NCBI GenBank assembly: GCA_053919585.1
Contig: CM132793.1
DNA from: Euprymna scolopes
Taxonomy: Eukaryota
Reading direction: 5' to 3' (one strand)
DNA length: 64,000 nucleotides
In this document: positions 1 to 13,539 of the stretch, in pieces
Position numbering within the stretch: position 1 is the stretch's first letter
Layout: each line of letters begins with the position of its first letter
Translations under genes and position numbers: made by a program
The notes under the pieces: generated by a model
Told to the model about the DNA's origin: nothing
The model's database searches: none
What the model saw: only the letters and a program-made list of their open reading frames with translations

Positions 1-2154
1 CCAGCGTCCTTGGCAACAGACTTGATGTACGTGTTCAATTTCAGATCAGGAGTAAAGGTCAAACACAGAAGCTTGTCAAAACATGGAGCCTCCCCAAGAC
101 TAGAGCCATCCATTTCAATTGATGCCAGATGGGGATCAGAGCGTTGTTGATGTAAAGATAGAAGCTTGGTTTTGGATGCATCGAAAGTAACCAGCCCCCT
201 CTTCCCCAACTGTACCACGTGCTCAAGATCAGAGGAGAGAGAATCAGAGAGAACTTTGTCATTTACGGCCTTTGATGTGTTGCCATAGATGATCGTGTCA
301 TCAGCATAGATGTCAACAAATGATTTAAGTATATGTTTTGAGAGATCATTGATGTAGATCAGGAAGAGAGTTGGGCCAAGGATGGACTCCTGAGGAACTC
401 CAGCATTAATACTGCAGGCCTTTTATTTCTGCACATCAAACACTACTCTTGTACTTTTGTCCATCTACCACTACTCTTATGAACCTATCGGAGAGAAATG
501 ATTTAATAATTGTGAAAACATTTCCAGTAATACCGTAGCTGGAAATCTTGTGAAGTAGACCCTTATGCCATACCTTATCGAAGGCCTTCGATATGTCAAG
601 AGCAATTGCTCTAGAAAGGAAGCCTTTGTCAAGAAATCCACTAATCCTATGAGATATAACCGTTAGCACATCTGCTGTAGATCTTGCGGAGCGGAAATCA
701 TATTACATGTCACTAAGAAGGTGATCCTGCTGAGGTGGTTGGCTACTTCTTTATTTAATACAGATTCCAACAACTTACTCATGACACACAGGAGACTTAT
801 TGGTGTGTACTGAGAGAGAGATAATTTTTCGCCTGAATTCTTAAATACATGGCATACTGATGAGGTTTTCCAGGGTGTTGGAAAACACTTCTCCTTAAGG
901 CAACGCTTAAACAGTTTTGTAAGTATGGGAACAAGTTCTGGTCGGAGCTTTTTCAGCACTATAACTGGAATGCCGTCAGGGCCAGTTGCTTTACTGGAAT
1001 CAAGGTTCTTGATTAGCTTGGCGACCTCATGCACAGATATTTGTATGTTGCATAGCGTGTAGTCTGTTATAGGAGGAAATACGGGGAGTTGATGGCCTTC
1101 GTCGCATGGGGTAGAATTAGCTGCAAACTTTTTGGCAAATAGTTTGGTCTTGTCTTACGCTGACGAGATGACCTCAAGTCCATTGATGATGGTTGGGATA
1201 GAACGCACGCTTTTGTTCAGGATCCTGTTTGCTATTTGCCAAAACTGGGTTTAGATTTAACGGATTGAGTATATAGCTCTCTTGCATTTTTATTACTCTT
1301 TTACAGCGGTTGCTGGCAGTCCTGAAAGCAGCTTTAGTCTCAGTACATCTATTACGTTGGTTACGTTGGGGAGAACCATGGCTAGCTGTTAGGTTTCTGT
1401 TGGATTTTGTTTTGATAGTATGAATCGTTCTATGCCTACAATTAACCATTTGGTCAGGTCTGATACTATAGAGGACACATCCTTTTTAAACATGGAATGC
1501 ATAGGTAGATCAGATATGAATGTACGGAAGCTATCCCAGTCAGTCATAGAGTATCGATATACAGTGCGGTGGAGAGGTACGTCTGAAGACATTACATTTC
1601 ATTTTTGTCTTAACTGATACAACGGAGTGTCGGAGGATCCTAGAAGGGATAGAACGGAATATGAACATAGCTCAGGGGAAGTTGTGAGAAAAAGGTCTAG
1701 AAGGCTTGCATACTGACCGGTAGTATCGGGCACACGGGTGGGTTCGTGAACAATCTGATTGAGGTTATAGGCAATGGCAAAATCATGACAGAACCTCCCC
1801 TCGTCATCTGTCTTATTTGAGTGAGTCAGCCATTCCACATTATGGACATTGAAGTCACCGCAAATGTGAATGTTAGCCGAAGGATAAGCAGACAGGATGT
1901 GGTCAATTTTATCAGATAAACTCTTAAAGATAGTAACCCCACTGTTGTGGGGCGATAGAGGGCAAATATAAATGCAGTGGTGCAACCCGGAAGCACATAT
2001 AAGGTAAATTAGGGTCTTCTCTCGAGATATCTCTACCCCATGGAAAGCCATCTTTAATGTAGGCACACATTCCATGTCCTTGGCGATCTTGGGGATCAGA
2101 TTTCAAGTTACGGATGCTATATGCGAAAACCGGCTTCTTGGCACTGCAAGCCAT
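1..2154 (-). mobile_element. Decayed non-LTR retrotransposon ORF2 (APE endonuclease + RT), CR1/L2-group LINE; continues beyond the window start
   Basis: APE motifs ICGDFNVHNVEWL, PTRVPD, LDLFLTT and LGSSD (1599-2075). RT motifs KATGPDGIP, ALDISKAFDKVWH, INAGVPQESILGPTLFL and VDIYADDT (~295-415). Split by stops and frameshifts. Confidence 0.93.
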
Positions 2155-3190
2155 GAGCTAGATTGTATACTTTATAGTCAATTGCAGAAATTTATTCAAT
2201 AGCCAACCAATTATTCAATTTACTAGTCACCATGACAGTTATTTTCTAACGTTAAGAGAATCCGATAGGCAGGTAAAATATGTAAACCTAACTAAATAAA
2301 ATGACGTGTAAATAAAAATACAAAAGTAAATAAAAACAAAAAGTAAATAAAAACAAAATTTATTTACATAAATCAATAACATGAAATGGTTTTCTTTATA
2401 AAATAAATTCATATTGTTTTCTGTTGTTTTTTTTTTTTTACTTTTAGAAAAAATATCATTTTTCACTTGAAATGTAGATTGTTTTTCGCTTTTTTAGAAA
2501 CTGTCATGGTTGTCCTGGTTTAAGCCAATAAGAAAAAAAATATTTGGACTAAGTTTTTATTTCTGTGTGAGTAGCTCGATCGCCTTTCTACTGCTGGCAT
2601 GATTTCAATCGAATATTTTATTGCATATTTGCTATCCGTGTATAATCTAATATACGCATTTTCTAATCTGTACAAGTAAATCGATCGGATTTTCGATCTT
2701 AGAACTAAATAGCAATGCATGTCACATATCGATATTTGCTTTTGCCCAGGCATTCATTTATGTAAATTTCCACTCTTATTTGTGAAATAAAAATTCAAAC
2801 TGATTTCATCGATTACATATTCTATCTAATCTGTTACTTGGCAGTAAAAAAATCCAGATGTACATCATATATTTCATTAGATAATCAGCTATTTTAATTA
2901 GCCAATGAAATGAGAGCGAATGTTAGCAATACGCAAAACTTAAAATAGTTAACAACATTTGTTTATTTGTGAGTAATGCAGAAACAAACATGTGACCAAA
3001 CATTAGGAATTTACCTCTACTTCTTTNNNNNNNNNNNNNNNNNNNNNNNNNNNNNNNNNNNNNNNNNNNNNNNNNNNNNNNNNNNNNNNNNNNNNNNNNN
3101 NNNNNNNNNNNNNNNNNNNNNNNNNNNNNNNNNNNNNNNNNNNNNNNNNNNNNNNNNNNNNNNNNNNNNNNNNNNNNNNNNNNNNNNNNN

Positions 3191-3372
3191 GTAGTAATAA
3201 TATTATTATTAATAGTAGTAGTAGCAGTAGTAGTAGTAATATTATTAGTAGTAGTAGCAGTAGTAGTAGCAGTATTGTTAGTAGTATGATTATTATTAGT
3301 AGTATTGTTAGTAGTATGATTATTATTATTAGTATTGTTAGTAGTAGTAGTAGTATCGTCATTATCATCATC
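3191..3372. repeat. (TAG/TAT/CAT)n trinucleotide microsatellite adjoining an N tract
   Basis: Visible directly in the sequence. Confidence 0.9.
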
Positions 3373-3781
3373 GTCCATTTTTCTGTCTTCTACTATGCCT
3401 TTTTTCCATAAAATACATTTCCATTTTATCTCTTCACATCTGACAAATGTCGTTTTAATTCCCTGTTTTTCTTTTTTTTATATCAAAATTACTTTTTTCA
3501 TACTCTTAAGAAACGAAGTAAAACAATATCCATCAATCGATATTTTACTCTCGAAATTAGTATTTTTCCTTTTAACATTTAAATATGAGAGCAAATAAAT
3601 ATAAACGTCATTTTGGTGAATAATTCCACGTTCATTCACATTCATGTTTTACTTTCGCGGCATTATGAAGTGATGTTGAATTATAATAACGATATGAACA
3701 CTTTTGAAAAGACATTATTTTAAAATTTATTCCTATTTATGTATTTATTTGGAGTTTCTGATTACCTAAGTAAAAAGTATT

Positions 3782-3797
3782 TATATATATAAAGTAT

Positions 3798-3855
<58 letters not shown>
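3782..3855. repeat. (TA)n(GT)n compound microsatellite
   Basis: Visible directly in the sequence. Confidence 0.9.
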
Positions 3856-3856
<1 letters not shown>

Positions 3857-4404
3857 ACCATATTTCAAAAGGAACAGGAAAAACAATTGGACAAAGCCCC
3901 TCCCCCCCCCCCATCGGTTGAGTAAAATGATAAAAGAGAATTGGCGGAGTGACTCTTTTACTCTGAACTCGAAAGTGGAATAATGTAAAGATAGCGTTTA
4001 AATCCAGCATGATGCATTTCACTTTCTTCAAAAGAAAAAAGAATTCATTTGAAAGCATTTAAATTATCGAATCGTAACGCATTTAAACTGGATTTAAAAT
4101 TCTTAGCAAATCCTCATGTAAATGAAACGCTTTAAAATCTAATTTCATCGAATAAGTTTATTACTTTGATAACAATTACTTTTATAACAAATTGATAGTT
4201 TCATGACCAAACTAAAAAATGACAATCAAAATAAAGTAATCACGGACAATGTTAGAAAAATACATCTAGTTTAGGATAAGATTCATTTGTCAATGTTTAT
4301 TTCATAGCCTCAGCAAATCTAGTATTTAATTCCAGTTTTGGCGTGTGAAAATAATGTCCGAAATAGCAGCGGTAGTGAATGTTGCTTTTACGCATCGATG
4401 TTTT

Positions 4405-4660
4405 GGTGTATTATTTGGATTATTCTAATTACTGCTCTCATCTGGAATGTTATTCTCACAACGTTTTGGACGATGTCACCTTCGACTTTTTTCATGAATC
4501 TGTACGGAACTCTTTGTTTAATTCACGAGGTAGATTGCTCTCATTCAGTCAACCATGATTCTTTAGAAAAGGAATTACTAATTGCGTTCTTATCATTGCA
4601 CGCACTTAGTATTGGTTCAATATTCCAGAAAACTTTCACTTACAACTGCAAGAATCTTCA
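4405..4660 (-). mobile_element. Decayed copy of the tRNA-head/Penelope-tail SINE-like element
   Basis: The reverse complement has gaatcatggttgactgaatgagagc and catgaaaaaagtcgaaggtgacatcgtccaaaacgttgtgagaataac. These align with 7361-7383 and 7476-7530. Confidence 0.65.
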
Positions 4661-4681
4661 GCGTAAGTGGAAAGTATAATG

Positions 4682-4879
4682 CAGTAGAACCCCGGGATAC
4701 GGCGTTAAAATTAGTAACAAAATACAGTATATAAAACACATGTATATAAACAAATAATATGATTAATAACACCGTAAGGTGGGGCAAATATCGTAACCAG
4801 GGTCTGGAAAAATATCGTATTCCACATCGTAACCTGAAAACACCGTATCCTATGGCCACTGTACTCCAGGGTTTTACTG
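4682..4879. mobile_element. MITE, Tc1/pogo (Tigger-like) type
   Basis: Imperfect terminal inverted repeats: CAGTAGAACCCCGGGATAC versus reverse complement CAGTAAAACCCTGGAGTAC. TA on the right flank, TG on the left. Confidence 0.55.
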
Positions 4880-4885
4880 TACATT

Positions 4886-5150
4886 CAAAGTAAAAGTGTT
4901 CACGGGGTTAAAGGTCCAATCCTCGGTGCAGGTGATACTAAGAATATAATTTCAAATGTCTTAAAACTTCTACACAATCATGGCTGACGGAACGAGAGTA
5001 AGCTTCGTCGTATATGAAATGGTTCCGCTCGACATTCCGTTCCGATTCTTGGGTTCAACAGAAAGACTCCCGAGTTCGACAAGATGCATTTGAAAAAGGC
5101 CGAAACGTTTTCAGAATAACAAGGAAAGAACAGTAGTCTAAATAATGCAA
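4886..5150 (+). mobile_element. Decayed copy of the tRNA-head/Penelope-tail SINE-like element
   Basis: Aligns with 7270-7560 (aggtccaatcctcggtgc, tcatggctgacggaac, cccgagttcgacaagat, ggccgaaacgtt, gaacagtagtct). Confidence 0.75.
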
Positions 5151-5929
5151 AGTATAGAAATTATCAATTTTCATCCCAAAAATTTCATAACATAGTATGC
5201 ACTTAGACCAAATTTCAAAGCAACAGTTTCTTTCAGTTAATATAAACTTTCAAATCTCGTGAGTAGTATAAAAACCTAAATACAGCCTTTCTCTATCTCT
5301 TTCCTTCTTTTTCTGCGAAGCACACACACGCAAACACACACACCGCTCACCAAACGCACATACGCAGTTTGTATATACACTCTCAACTAACAAAGCAGAC
5401 TACTAAATACGCACATCACTGTGCCTATCTTATTTACATCTATGTAAATGCACACGGCGCCAGTCGAAATAAACTTGTCTGATTAATTTCTCCTTGCATG
5501 AAAAATAACTATTTTATTCGGGAATGTGTAAAGTACATTTCAAAATCTAATTCTTTTACGATTTTTTCGTTATCTTAAAAATTTGTGAATAAAAATTAAT
5601 TTGTATTTATCTATTTTCTCATTCACTTTCTTTTTTATATTGTCTTTCACTCTACGTTTTATACGGAATGCAAATTCTTCCCGGCTGCGCGTACTGTGTA
5701 CTATACTGAACAGTGAACGCAAACACGTTTCAGCTATTAAACGATTTGCTGAAGCAGAACTTATTGATTATTTTAAATGAAACTGAAAATGCCGCCTTCA
5801 AATATTGATTCAATTCGTTTATTTATATTTGTTTTGCCACTTGTTCCACTATGAGTCCCCACCCCCTCCGGTGTTTATTACACTGTGTATCTTTTGGTGA
5901 CAAAATATAGCAAACAAGAGCGACACATT

Positions 5930-6245
5930 ACTATAGCTGCTTGCGGCGTCCTGTTCCCCGTCAAATCACCGGCGCCGGAAGTCAATAGCACAGCCCAACT
6001 ACTTAACTGTGTATAATTAGCGCCTGCAATGTCAACTATTTCCGTTGTTCGCGCGCGACGTCCTTCCGCCTCTTCTAAACTGTCAACTGAAATAGAGTTC
6101 GCCTTGCTGTTAGCTGCCTTAACGCTTTTGTCTACTCACAAGTCAAGGCGTATTCTGCTTTTTGTTCGTTTGTTCATGTTTGCTCCGAGACGACGCATCG
6201 GATTATAATTATTTCCAAGTTAATTACTAATGGCGGATAATACGC
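5930..6245. promoter_or_regulatory. CpG-enriched promoter-like patch
   Basis: Locally high CpG density in an AT-rich background. ETS site CCGGAAGT at ~5975 and YY1-like AATGGCGG at ~6229. Confidence 0.4.
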
Positions 6246-7145
6246 ATTTGTCAACCTAATAACACATAATAAAAAAAAATCGTTATTTTAACTACGTTTA
6301 CCAACAGAGAAATTAAATTGACGACATTGAACACGTTCACCTTTCTGGTTTTATGCATTTGAACATCACTATGGCACCAGTTAACGTTAGAAAGTTTTTT
6401 TTATTTGTAAATTTTAGATGCCCTTTTAGTTTTTAGGCGAAGTGAAAATCTTTAATTGTTATGACAAACGGTGAAAAGATTGTATATGCATAATCTCGCT
6501 TCATGAGGTTTTATTTTTCTTGGACAATACATTCCTATCACAACCGATTAGAAAACATTAGTTGCGGTATTCCATCTTGAAATAAAAAAGTTGCTCTCGC
6601 CACTTTTTTGTAGTTTTCAGAAATCTGACTTGGTGAGAGAGTATCTCTTCAGCCCAACTCTTTTAGATATAGCCAGAAATGGAAAAAGACCTTTACAAAA
6701 AAATTCTTTAATTTTATTCAAAAGAATCCGGCGTTGCCCTGAAGACGTTTTTTCTTTACTTTTTTGGCCCTCTCCCGTGTTTCTTTTTAATGACGTCATT
6801 ATGTCATTGTAAAATTATTATATTTTCTTTAAAATAAAATTTTAGCAGTTAAATAAATTGTTCTAAAATTATAATTAATTGTATAAGGTATTAATTATAA
6901 TTATGGTTTAAATGCTATTTATACAATTATTAGGTATAAGCAGCTTCCAAAACTTTAAATCTTTCCAATTCAACAGTTCGACTTTTTGTAAAAAATGTGA
7001 AAGGGCCACGAATAAATTTATTTTTTTTTTATCAACTATTACTAAAATATTGAAATAGTTGTATTGTTTACGAAATAGTGGAAACGGGTTCTGGTGGACT
7101 TAATTTCGAAATGACGTTTTTGAATTTTTGAGATGAGGATTGGTT

Positions 7146-7566
7146 ATTTGTATTATTTGGATTCATCGGACTATTGTTCTCATCTTGGGTGTGATTTTTC
7201 ACAATGTTTCGGTCGATATAACCTGGCGGACCCGTGGCGCAGTGGTTGGAGTACTGGAAAAATCAACTGCAAAAGTGATATTCTCCTGAAGGTTGAAGGT
7301 TCAATCCTCAGTGCGGACGACCGAAAAATACATTTGAGAATTACTTAGGACCTCTATTCAGTCATGGCTGACGGAACAAGAGCACGCTACCCCCGTGAAG
7401 TAAATAAAGTATCTGTCCGAACTTCCGTCCAAATTCCCGAGTTCTACAGAAACATTCCCGAGTTCGACAAGATACACCTGAAGAAGGTCGGTGGTTATAT
7501 CGACTGAAACGTTGTGAAAATCACACTCAAGATGAGAACAGTAGTCTGATGAATAATAATACAAAT
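7146..7566 (+). mobile_element. tRNA-derived SINE-like element with a Penelope-type minimal hammerhead tail and an inverted 5' duplication of the tail
   Basis: A-box TGGCGCAGTGG at 7235-7245 and B-box GGTTCAATCC at 7298-7307. CTGAAGA..stem..GAAACGTT at 7478-7513. 7146-7223 is an inverted copy of 7493-7566. Confidence 0.75.
7471..7520 (+). ncRNA. Putative minimal type I hammerhead ribozyme (PLE-like)
   Basis: Core CUGAAGA, stem II GGUCGGU/AUCGACU, GAAA, palindromic ACGU helix III, candidate GUU cleavage triplet, short stem I CAC/GUG. Confidence 0.5.
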
Positions 7567-8454
7567 TAATTTCGAAATGAAATTATATTTTAAATAATTT
7601 TTGTTGAATTTCGTTTTATTTTACGTTTTTGAATTTGATTAATCTAATATATAAAATTAGTAGGTCGAATTTCATGCTAACTGATTACAGCTAAATATTC
7701 ATTGGTGTAGTAGTTATTTTGTTATATGTCACGCATGTTTTTTTTTTCATATGGTATAATTAATTAATATGAATAGAGTATGGTGTTTTGTTTAAACTGT
7801 TGATGTAACGGGTAACTATAACATTTTAATCAATTATAAATAAACAATAAAATCTATATTTTAGAAATGTGACAAGAGGATATGAATCATTGTGATGAAG
7901 ACTGTGTATGTCCATTATCAGATTAAAATGAGCAAGTGTTTAGAAAAGTGCAAGATTGAAATAATTACTGATAGTCTCAAACATTTAGGCACATTCTGAT
8001 TGTTCATATATAAGTGCACAACGTAATCAAGTGTTAGCTCCAGGAAGGAGCCCTTTGATCTCTTAAAGTTTACTGAAGTAAAATACAAAAAAAAAAGTAG
8101 ATTAGATGTAAAAATCACGAATATCCGTTTAAAATGTAGCTCTCTGGCTTCTAATAATTTTTAATTGTTTTAAATGTGAATTTAAAACATAATCTAATGT
8201 AATGTGTAGCTATATGAAACAAATCATTTAATATCTTTATGAAATGACCATTTGAAACGAGATGAAAATGGTTCCATTTGTAGCTTCATTCAAAACTAGC
8301 TATTAATAACGTTACGTGAAAAGTGTTCTATTTGATCGTAGATGAAAAGATTTTTATTAGTACTTTGATGAAATTTTTTATTACTACCTAAATGAGAAAA
8401 CGTTCTTAATAGTTATATAACAAATGCAATATTTAAAAAGTGTTAATTAGAAAG

Positions 8455-8533
<79 letters not shown>
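8455..8533. repeat. (TA)n microsatellite
   Basis: Visible directly in the sequence. Confidence 0.95.
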
Positions 8534-8538
<5 letters not shown>

Positions 8539-9179
8539 GTGAATACAGTGTTTTTATTAGATTGAATCGAAAAATCATATAGAGGTATGAGATTAATAAA
8601 CCCTCCCCCCTTTAAAAATGCTTCTAATTTCTCGTAGCTGAGACATAGTCAGTTCGATTATTGCATAGATTTAAATGAATTCTATATAGACATTTTTAAG
8701 CAAAGAGCTGATACTACTAATCTCAAAGGTAGAAAGGTATGGAACGCGGAAAGAAACCGACCCAAGTAGATTAAATCATGGGTTCAGTTCAAAATCCTCA
8801 CAATCTGCGCCTGAAGTATGTTGAAGAATACAATTTACTTGTATTTGATGAAAAAGAAATACAACGGCCGAAAAATATATGAGGAAAACAATGGAAATCG
8901 CGTAAACAATGTCTATGATAAGATTTTGTGGTTATTATGAGGGTTTTTTTTATAATAAAGAGCTTTATCATCGCCTATAAAGCCTCCTTTGTGTTTCATT
9001 AGATTAGTAGGACCACTTTGTTGTGTGCAAAAAGTGTGTATTTTTTTTTACCGAAAAGTGAAATTAAATTAAACCTAAAAACGTGACCGTTGCGTTTGAT
9101 TTAGTCCTTTTAATATACAAAAATGTTGCTCGTTTATTGAATAAGTTATTTTTATGTCTTTAAAGACTTGTTTTATATT

Positions 9180-9850
9180 ACTAACTGCAATAGCCGTCCC
9201 GCGATGGGTTACAATATTGGGAAAGGGTGTATTTAAATGCTGAAAAAGTTGGACATTGGCAAATACAAAATAAAACATAAGCTAGTCATGAGGCTGTATA
9301 TCTTCGCTGGACAACGTAAGAATGTGTCAAAGATATATTCGAAATTTAGTTTTCCATCGTGTATGCATTATGCCTGAAGTTATGCTATAGAAGTAATGCT
9401 ATGAAGTATTCTCAAAGTTATACCATGGAAATTACAGCCGGATCAGGTAACAGATCAGACTGAACTTTTGACTGAGTTTTACTCTTATAAAAGAATATCA
9501 GATTCATGCATGAAATTTGAAGAAGTTGAAAAGATGTAAATTTTGACCGAACTATTCAAGGTGAAAGGAAAGATTATGTAAGATGCAGGACGTCATTGAT
9601 TACAATATTGTCCAAGTAGCAATATCTACTATAAATTAAATAAAAGTTATCAGAAAAAGTGTGTCTCATATTTAACCTTGACCATTGAAATAGATATTCC
9701 AAAATTAAATTAGATCAAGTTTGACCATGACCGCTATTTAAACCAAGTTTGGTGAAGATTAGTCAAGCGATGTGAACGCTAGACTGTACACAAACAAACA
9801 AAAATTGTCGCAAGCAAATTTGATCGAAAGCATAATCTTCTACTTGGTAA
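9180..9850 (+). mobile_element. Possible non-autonomous Helitron/Helentron (HINE/DINE-like) remnant
   Basis: 5' actaac..gtcccgcgatggg hairpin-like start. Internal ccaagtttggtgaagatt followed by (ACAA)n resembles this class, from recall only. Confidence 0.35.
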
Positions 9851-9987
9851 TTTAATCACACATGCAAAGATACAAAATATTAGTTTAATAGAGCTTACAC
9901 CACTGAAATTATTGTATTTTGAAAATATTTTTTTTAAATTAAGCTTTAAAAAAAAATATCTAAATTTGCTCTATTTTTAAGACTCAG

Positions 9988-10459
9988 TGTTATAGAGAGA
10001 GGAGAGGTGCGAATGAACTCGAAATCCGGGCCATCAAAAATGGAACCTGGAATTGGATGACCTGGTCCTATGATGCAAGTCGGTTTATGGGTCAGACCGT
10101 TGAATGGAGCAAAGTTCGAATGAACTTAAACCCTGACCGACAAAAATGAAACCCGGGAATAAGATGACGTAAATTGGTTAACGGATTACGAGGTCGAAAA
10201 TTCATAAAAGTCAAATGATAAACAAAAGAACGAGTCAGTCAGAGAGTGACAACAGAGAGGGAAGGACAGACGACGCTCAACTGCCTGTCACGGTCGCAAC
10301 CACATCCTCTCCACCTACACTATCTCCACCACCACCTCTACCGCCGATTATGTGTATATGAATGTTTATTAAATAAACAAAGTTGTTTTATAACAAAGCG
10401 TCTCGTTATTCATTAATAAATGAACAGGGGTCATTCCATTCACTAGACGACTTACAACA
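9988..10459 (+). mobile_element. Probable solo LTR
   Basis: TGTTATAG...TTACAACA termini and a duplicated ~55-bp U3-like block (10010-10062 and 10117-10170). TATA-like cataaaa at ~10203, AATAAA at ~10372 and ~10415. No clear TSD. Confidence 0.5.
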
Positions 10460-11849
10460 AACATATATGCATAAATGTCAAACGAACTATCTCTATATCT
10501 ATCGAGATATTAAAAAATCTCGGATAGTTAAAATATAGGCTTGGTGCTAATAAAATAGACGTCACCGCCATACCATCCAGTATATAACATATATACGATT
10601 TGGTGATTTTGATGTGCGTGTGTGCGCTTTAAATCTCATTAACATCACATTGTCAGCAGTAAAGAGTGTATATGCCCACACATACACTCCTTGAAATGTT
10701 GTCAAAATGTTGTCCTGCAAATACTTTAAAATAAAAAAAATACTTCGAAAATATAGTTGACATGAAGGTGTGAGCTTGATTTTGTTCAGACTTGTTAGAT
10801 CATTTAAAGAATCGCCACTGTTGACAATCAGCATCATTTGGAGTAGATTCAGTTCATATCATCATGGAAATCTGCCGTAAAATAGTAGGGATGAGGGTCA
10901 TGCTCTTCTACGAGTTTCTTATTAACAAAAAATAAGTATAACCACTTATGACAAACTATATACATGGGTGATCGTTCTTGAAAAATTGCATGTTCTTATG
11001 TCTCATTGCGTACTATATTGGAGTAGACGGATATGTAAGCAGAGATATAGAGTCAGGATTAATATTTCTTTTATACTTCATATCTAAAAATGCACTTCCC
11101 GATTTTTTTTTTTTTTTTTTTTTTTTTTGTGAAGGAATTTCGCTTTACAATTGAATCAAATTATTTGTTCGTTTTAAAATCTACAAGTTTGAAGAAATTG
11201 ACATTGAAATTAAAAATCCAATGATATTGAATCGTTAGTGTCGTGATGCATCAATGCGAATCTCATTGGTTGGAAGATGATGCAAAACAAAATGTCCAAT
11301 CCCATTTCGAAATACAGAATATAAACAAAAGAAAATGACCTTCTGTGGTTTTATTTCTAATTTTGAAGTAAATTATATTGTGTGGTTATTATTTATAGTA
11401 ATTTACAACTTTCTCATACTGAGTTGTGTTACCAAAATCGACCTACCCTAGTATACACTATTACAAACCATTCATTCACATCTTTTAGATAATTCTATTG
11501 TCTGTATTGGTCCCCCCCCCCGATATTTTCCTAGTTAAAACTGTTTCTAGAAGAAAGTTTCTATGTAATAAAATGGATTCAAACGTGCACATCAGGTGGT
11601 TAATCATTTAATCATTGTTGTTAACCACTAAACCACATTCACCACCATGAGGATGGGTTAGTATTGTCCTTATTATCCTTGATATCTTATTGTTCTAATA
11701 CTTCGCAAAAATTAATGTCATGGATGTATTGTTTTCATAGTCAGAGGAACTTTCACGTGTCTGTGTAATCTTTCAACTTTTCCGTTAACATGTGGTGATA
11801 TTTTTTTATGTTTAGTTCAGAGTAAGTTGGTGAATTCTTTAAACAGACT

Positions 11850-12568
11850 TGATTTAAATTAGAGTTATTTATGTATTGTGGCAATATCGGTTAGACCAAA
11901 ATTAGCTATTCACTCGGGTACACTACTGTGATTACCGAAATAGACTTTTAAAGTGTCGCTGCCGGCCATAGTGAAAATCTGACTATAACAATTAGAACAT
12001 ATCCTTGACGTTAATAGACATCCAAGAGTCAGGATTCTTTAAACTTTGCAAAGGTGATTTTTTTTTTCTATAATTTCATAACAACTTTATTCCGGTCAGT
12101 GTGCTAATCGCATTAGTCTGCTCGGTTTTAGCTGTAGCGATGTTGATGTGTTGAGCTATTAGGTTGACGAGTAAGTGCTTGTGGAATTTTTAATTTTGAT
12201 TTCAAATAATATATTTGCAAATAAGTTTTCGTTATAATACCTTTACTTTATATATCATTTTAAAGAGGGTTTGTCACCCCATCTAATCGTTTTAAAATCA
12301 TTATCTTCTTTCAAGACCGCTGAATATAAGACGGAAAAAACAAATCAACACAATTTTCTTATATTGTTTGTTATTTTTTAAAAAATTGACGTGACTACTA
12401 GGATACTTCAATTAAAAGTCAAATATGAAAATATAAAATTATAGAGGAATAAAAGGTGAATCAACTGAGGTATAGGTTGTTTAAACAGTTACATTCAATT
12501 TAACATAAATTTGCGGGTTTTTGAAAAAAAATTGACAAGTGCCAACTTTCTTTTTTGGCGCCACTGTA
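11850..12568 (-). mobile_element. Highly decayed Tc1-like transposon remnant
   Basis: Ends in ttttttggcgccactgta (reverse complement TACAGTGGCGCCAAAAAA, a Tc1-type TIR plus TA). Only faint transposase-like words internally. Confidence 0.3.
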
Positions 12569-13413
12569 CGTTTCAGATGGAATGGACTATGTTGTTGGAA
12601 ACATTTTAGAAAATTAATCTAGCATATTTTTCTGAGTGTTGAAACTTTTTCTTTGTGATAAACACTGTCTGGCTAATACTAAGTGATAATGTCAATGAAG
12701 TTTGCTTGAATTATGGCTTATTCTGAATATATAACGTGAAGACAATTTATAGAAGGCAATACAATATAGACCTGTAACAGATACACATGAAATGAAGCTA
12801 ATTAAGACATATACACGTTGTATGAGTTTGGCAGCTTTTATCTTTTACTGATATATTTTTTACAATCTTAATTGTCGTTAGTGTAGTTCAATGGTGATTT
12901 CGTATAAAATAATATTTCAANNNNNNNNNNNNNNNNNNNNNNNNNNNNNNNNNNNNNNNNNNNNNNNNNNNNNNNNNNNNNNNNNNNNNNNNNNNNNNNN
13001 NNNNNNNNNNNNNNNNNNNNNNNNNNNNNNNNNNNNNNNNNNNNNNNNNNNNNNNNNNNNNNNNNNNNNNNNNNNNNNNNNNNNNNNNNNNNNNNNNNNN
13101 NNNNGCATTGCTGGTAAATAAATATGAAAAAGTATAAGAAAGCTATATCAGTGCATTAAACCGCGTGTTGAAGTGATATGACGTATGAACAGAAATAGAT
13201 AAACGAACGAAAGTTTTGTGGATATCTGTGTATTTTCAAAAAACAATAAAATCTCATTTTCAAAAGAATGTTGTAAAAAGTGGGAAATATTGTGAAAACG
13301 GAATCGAGTGTCGAGCAGAGAATAGGACTTATTTTTAAGCCTACTTAGTTTGCTATTCTAATCATTGTGTTATTTGTACATATTGATGCATACAATTTCC
13401 CTTATTATCATTG

Positions 13414-13450
<37 letters not shown>

Positions 13451-13539
13451 AGTCATTTTCACTCTTATTTTTCATTTAGTAATTTATTATTTGGTTTACT
13501 TTTAGCGAATGAGAAAATCAGTTGGTATTTTAATTTTGG

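Noticed and set aside
7225-7322. Functional tRNA gene
   Set aside because: A and B boxes are present but there is no convincing cloverleaf, and it is part of a multicopy SINE-like element.
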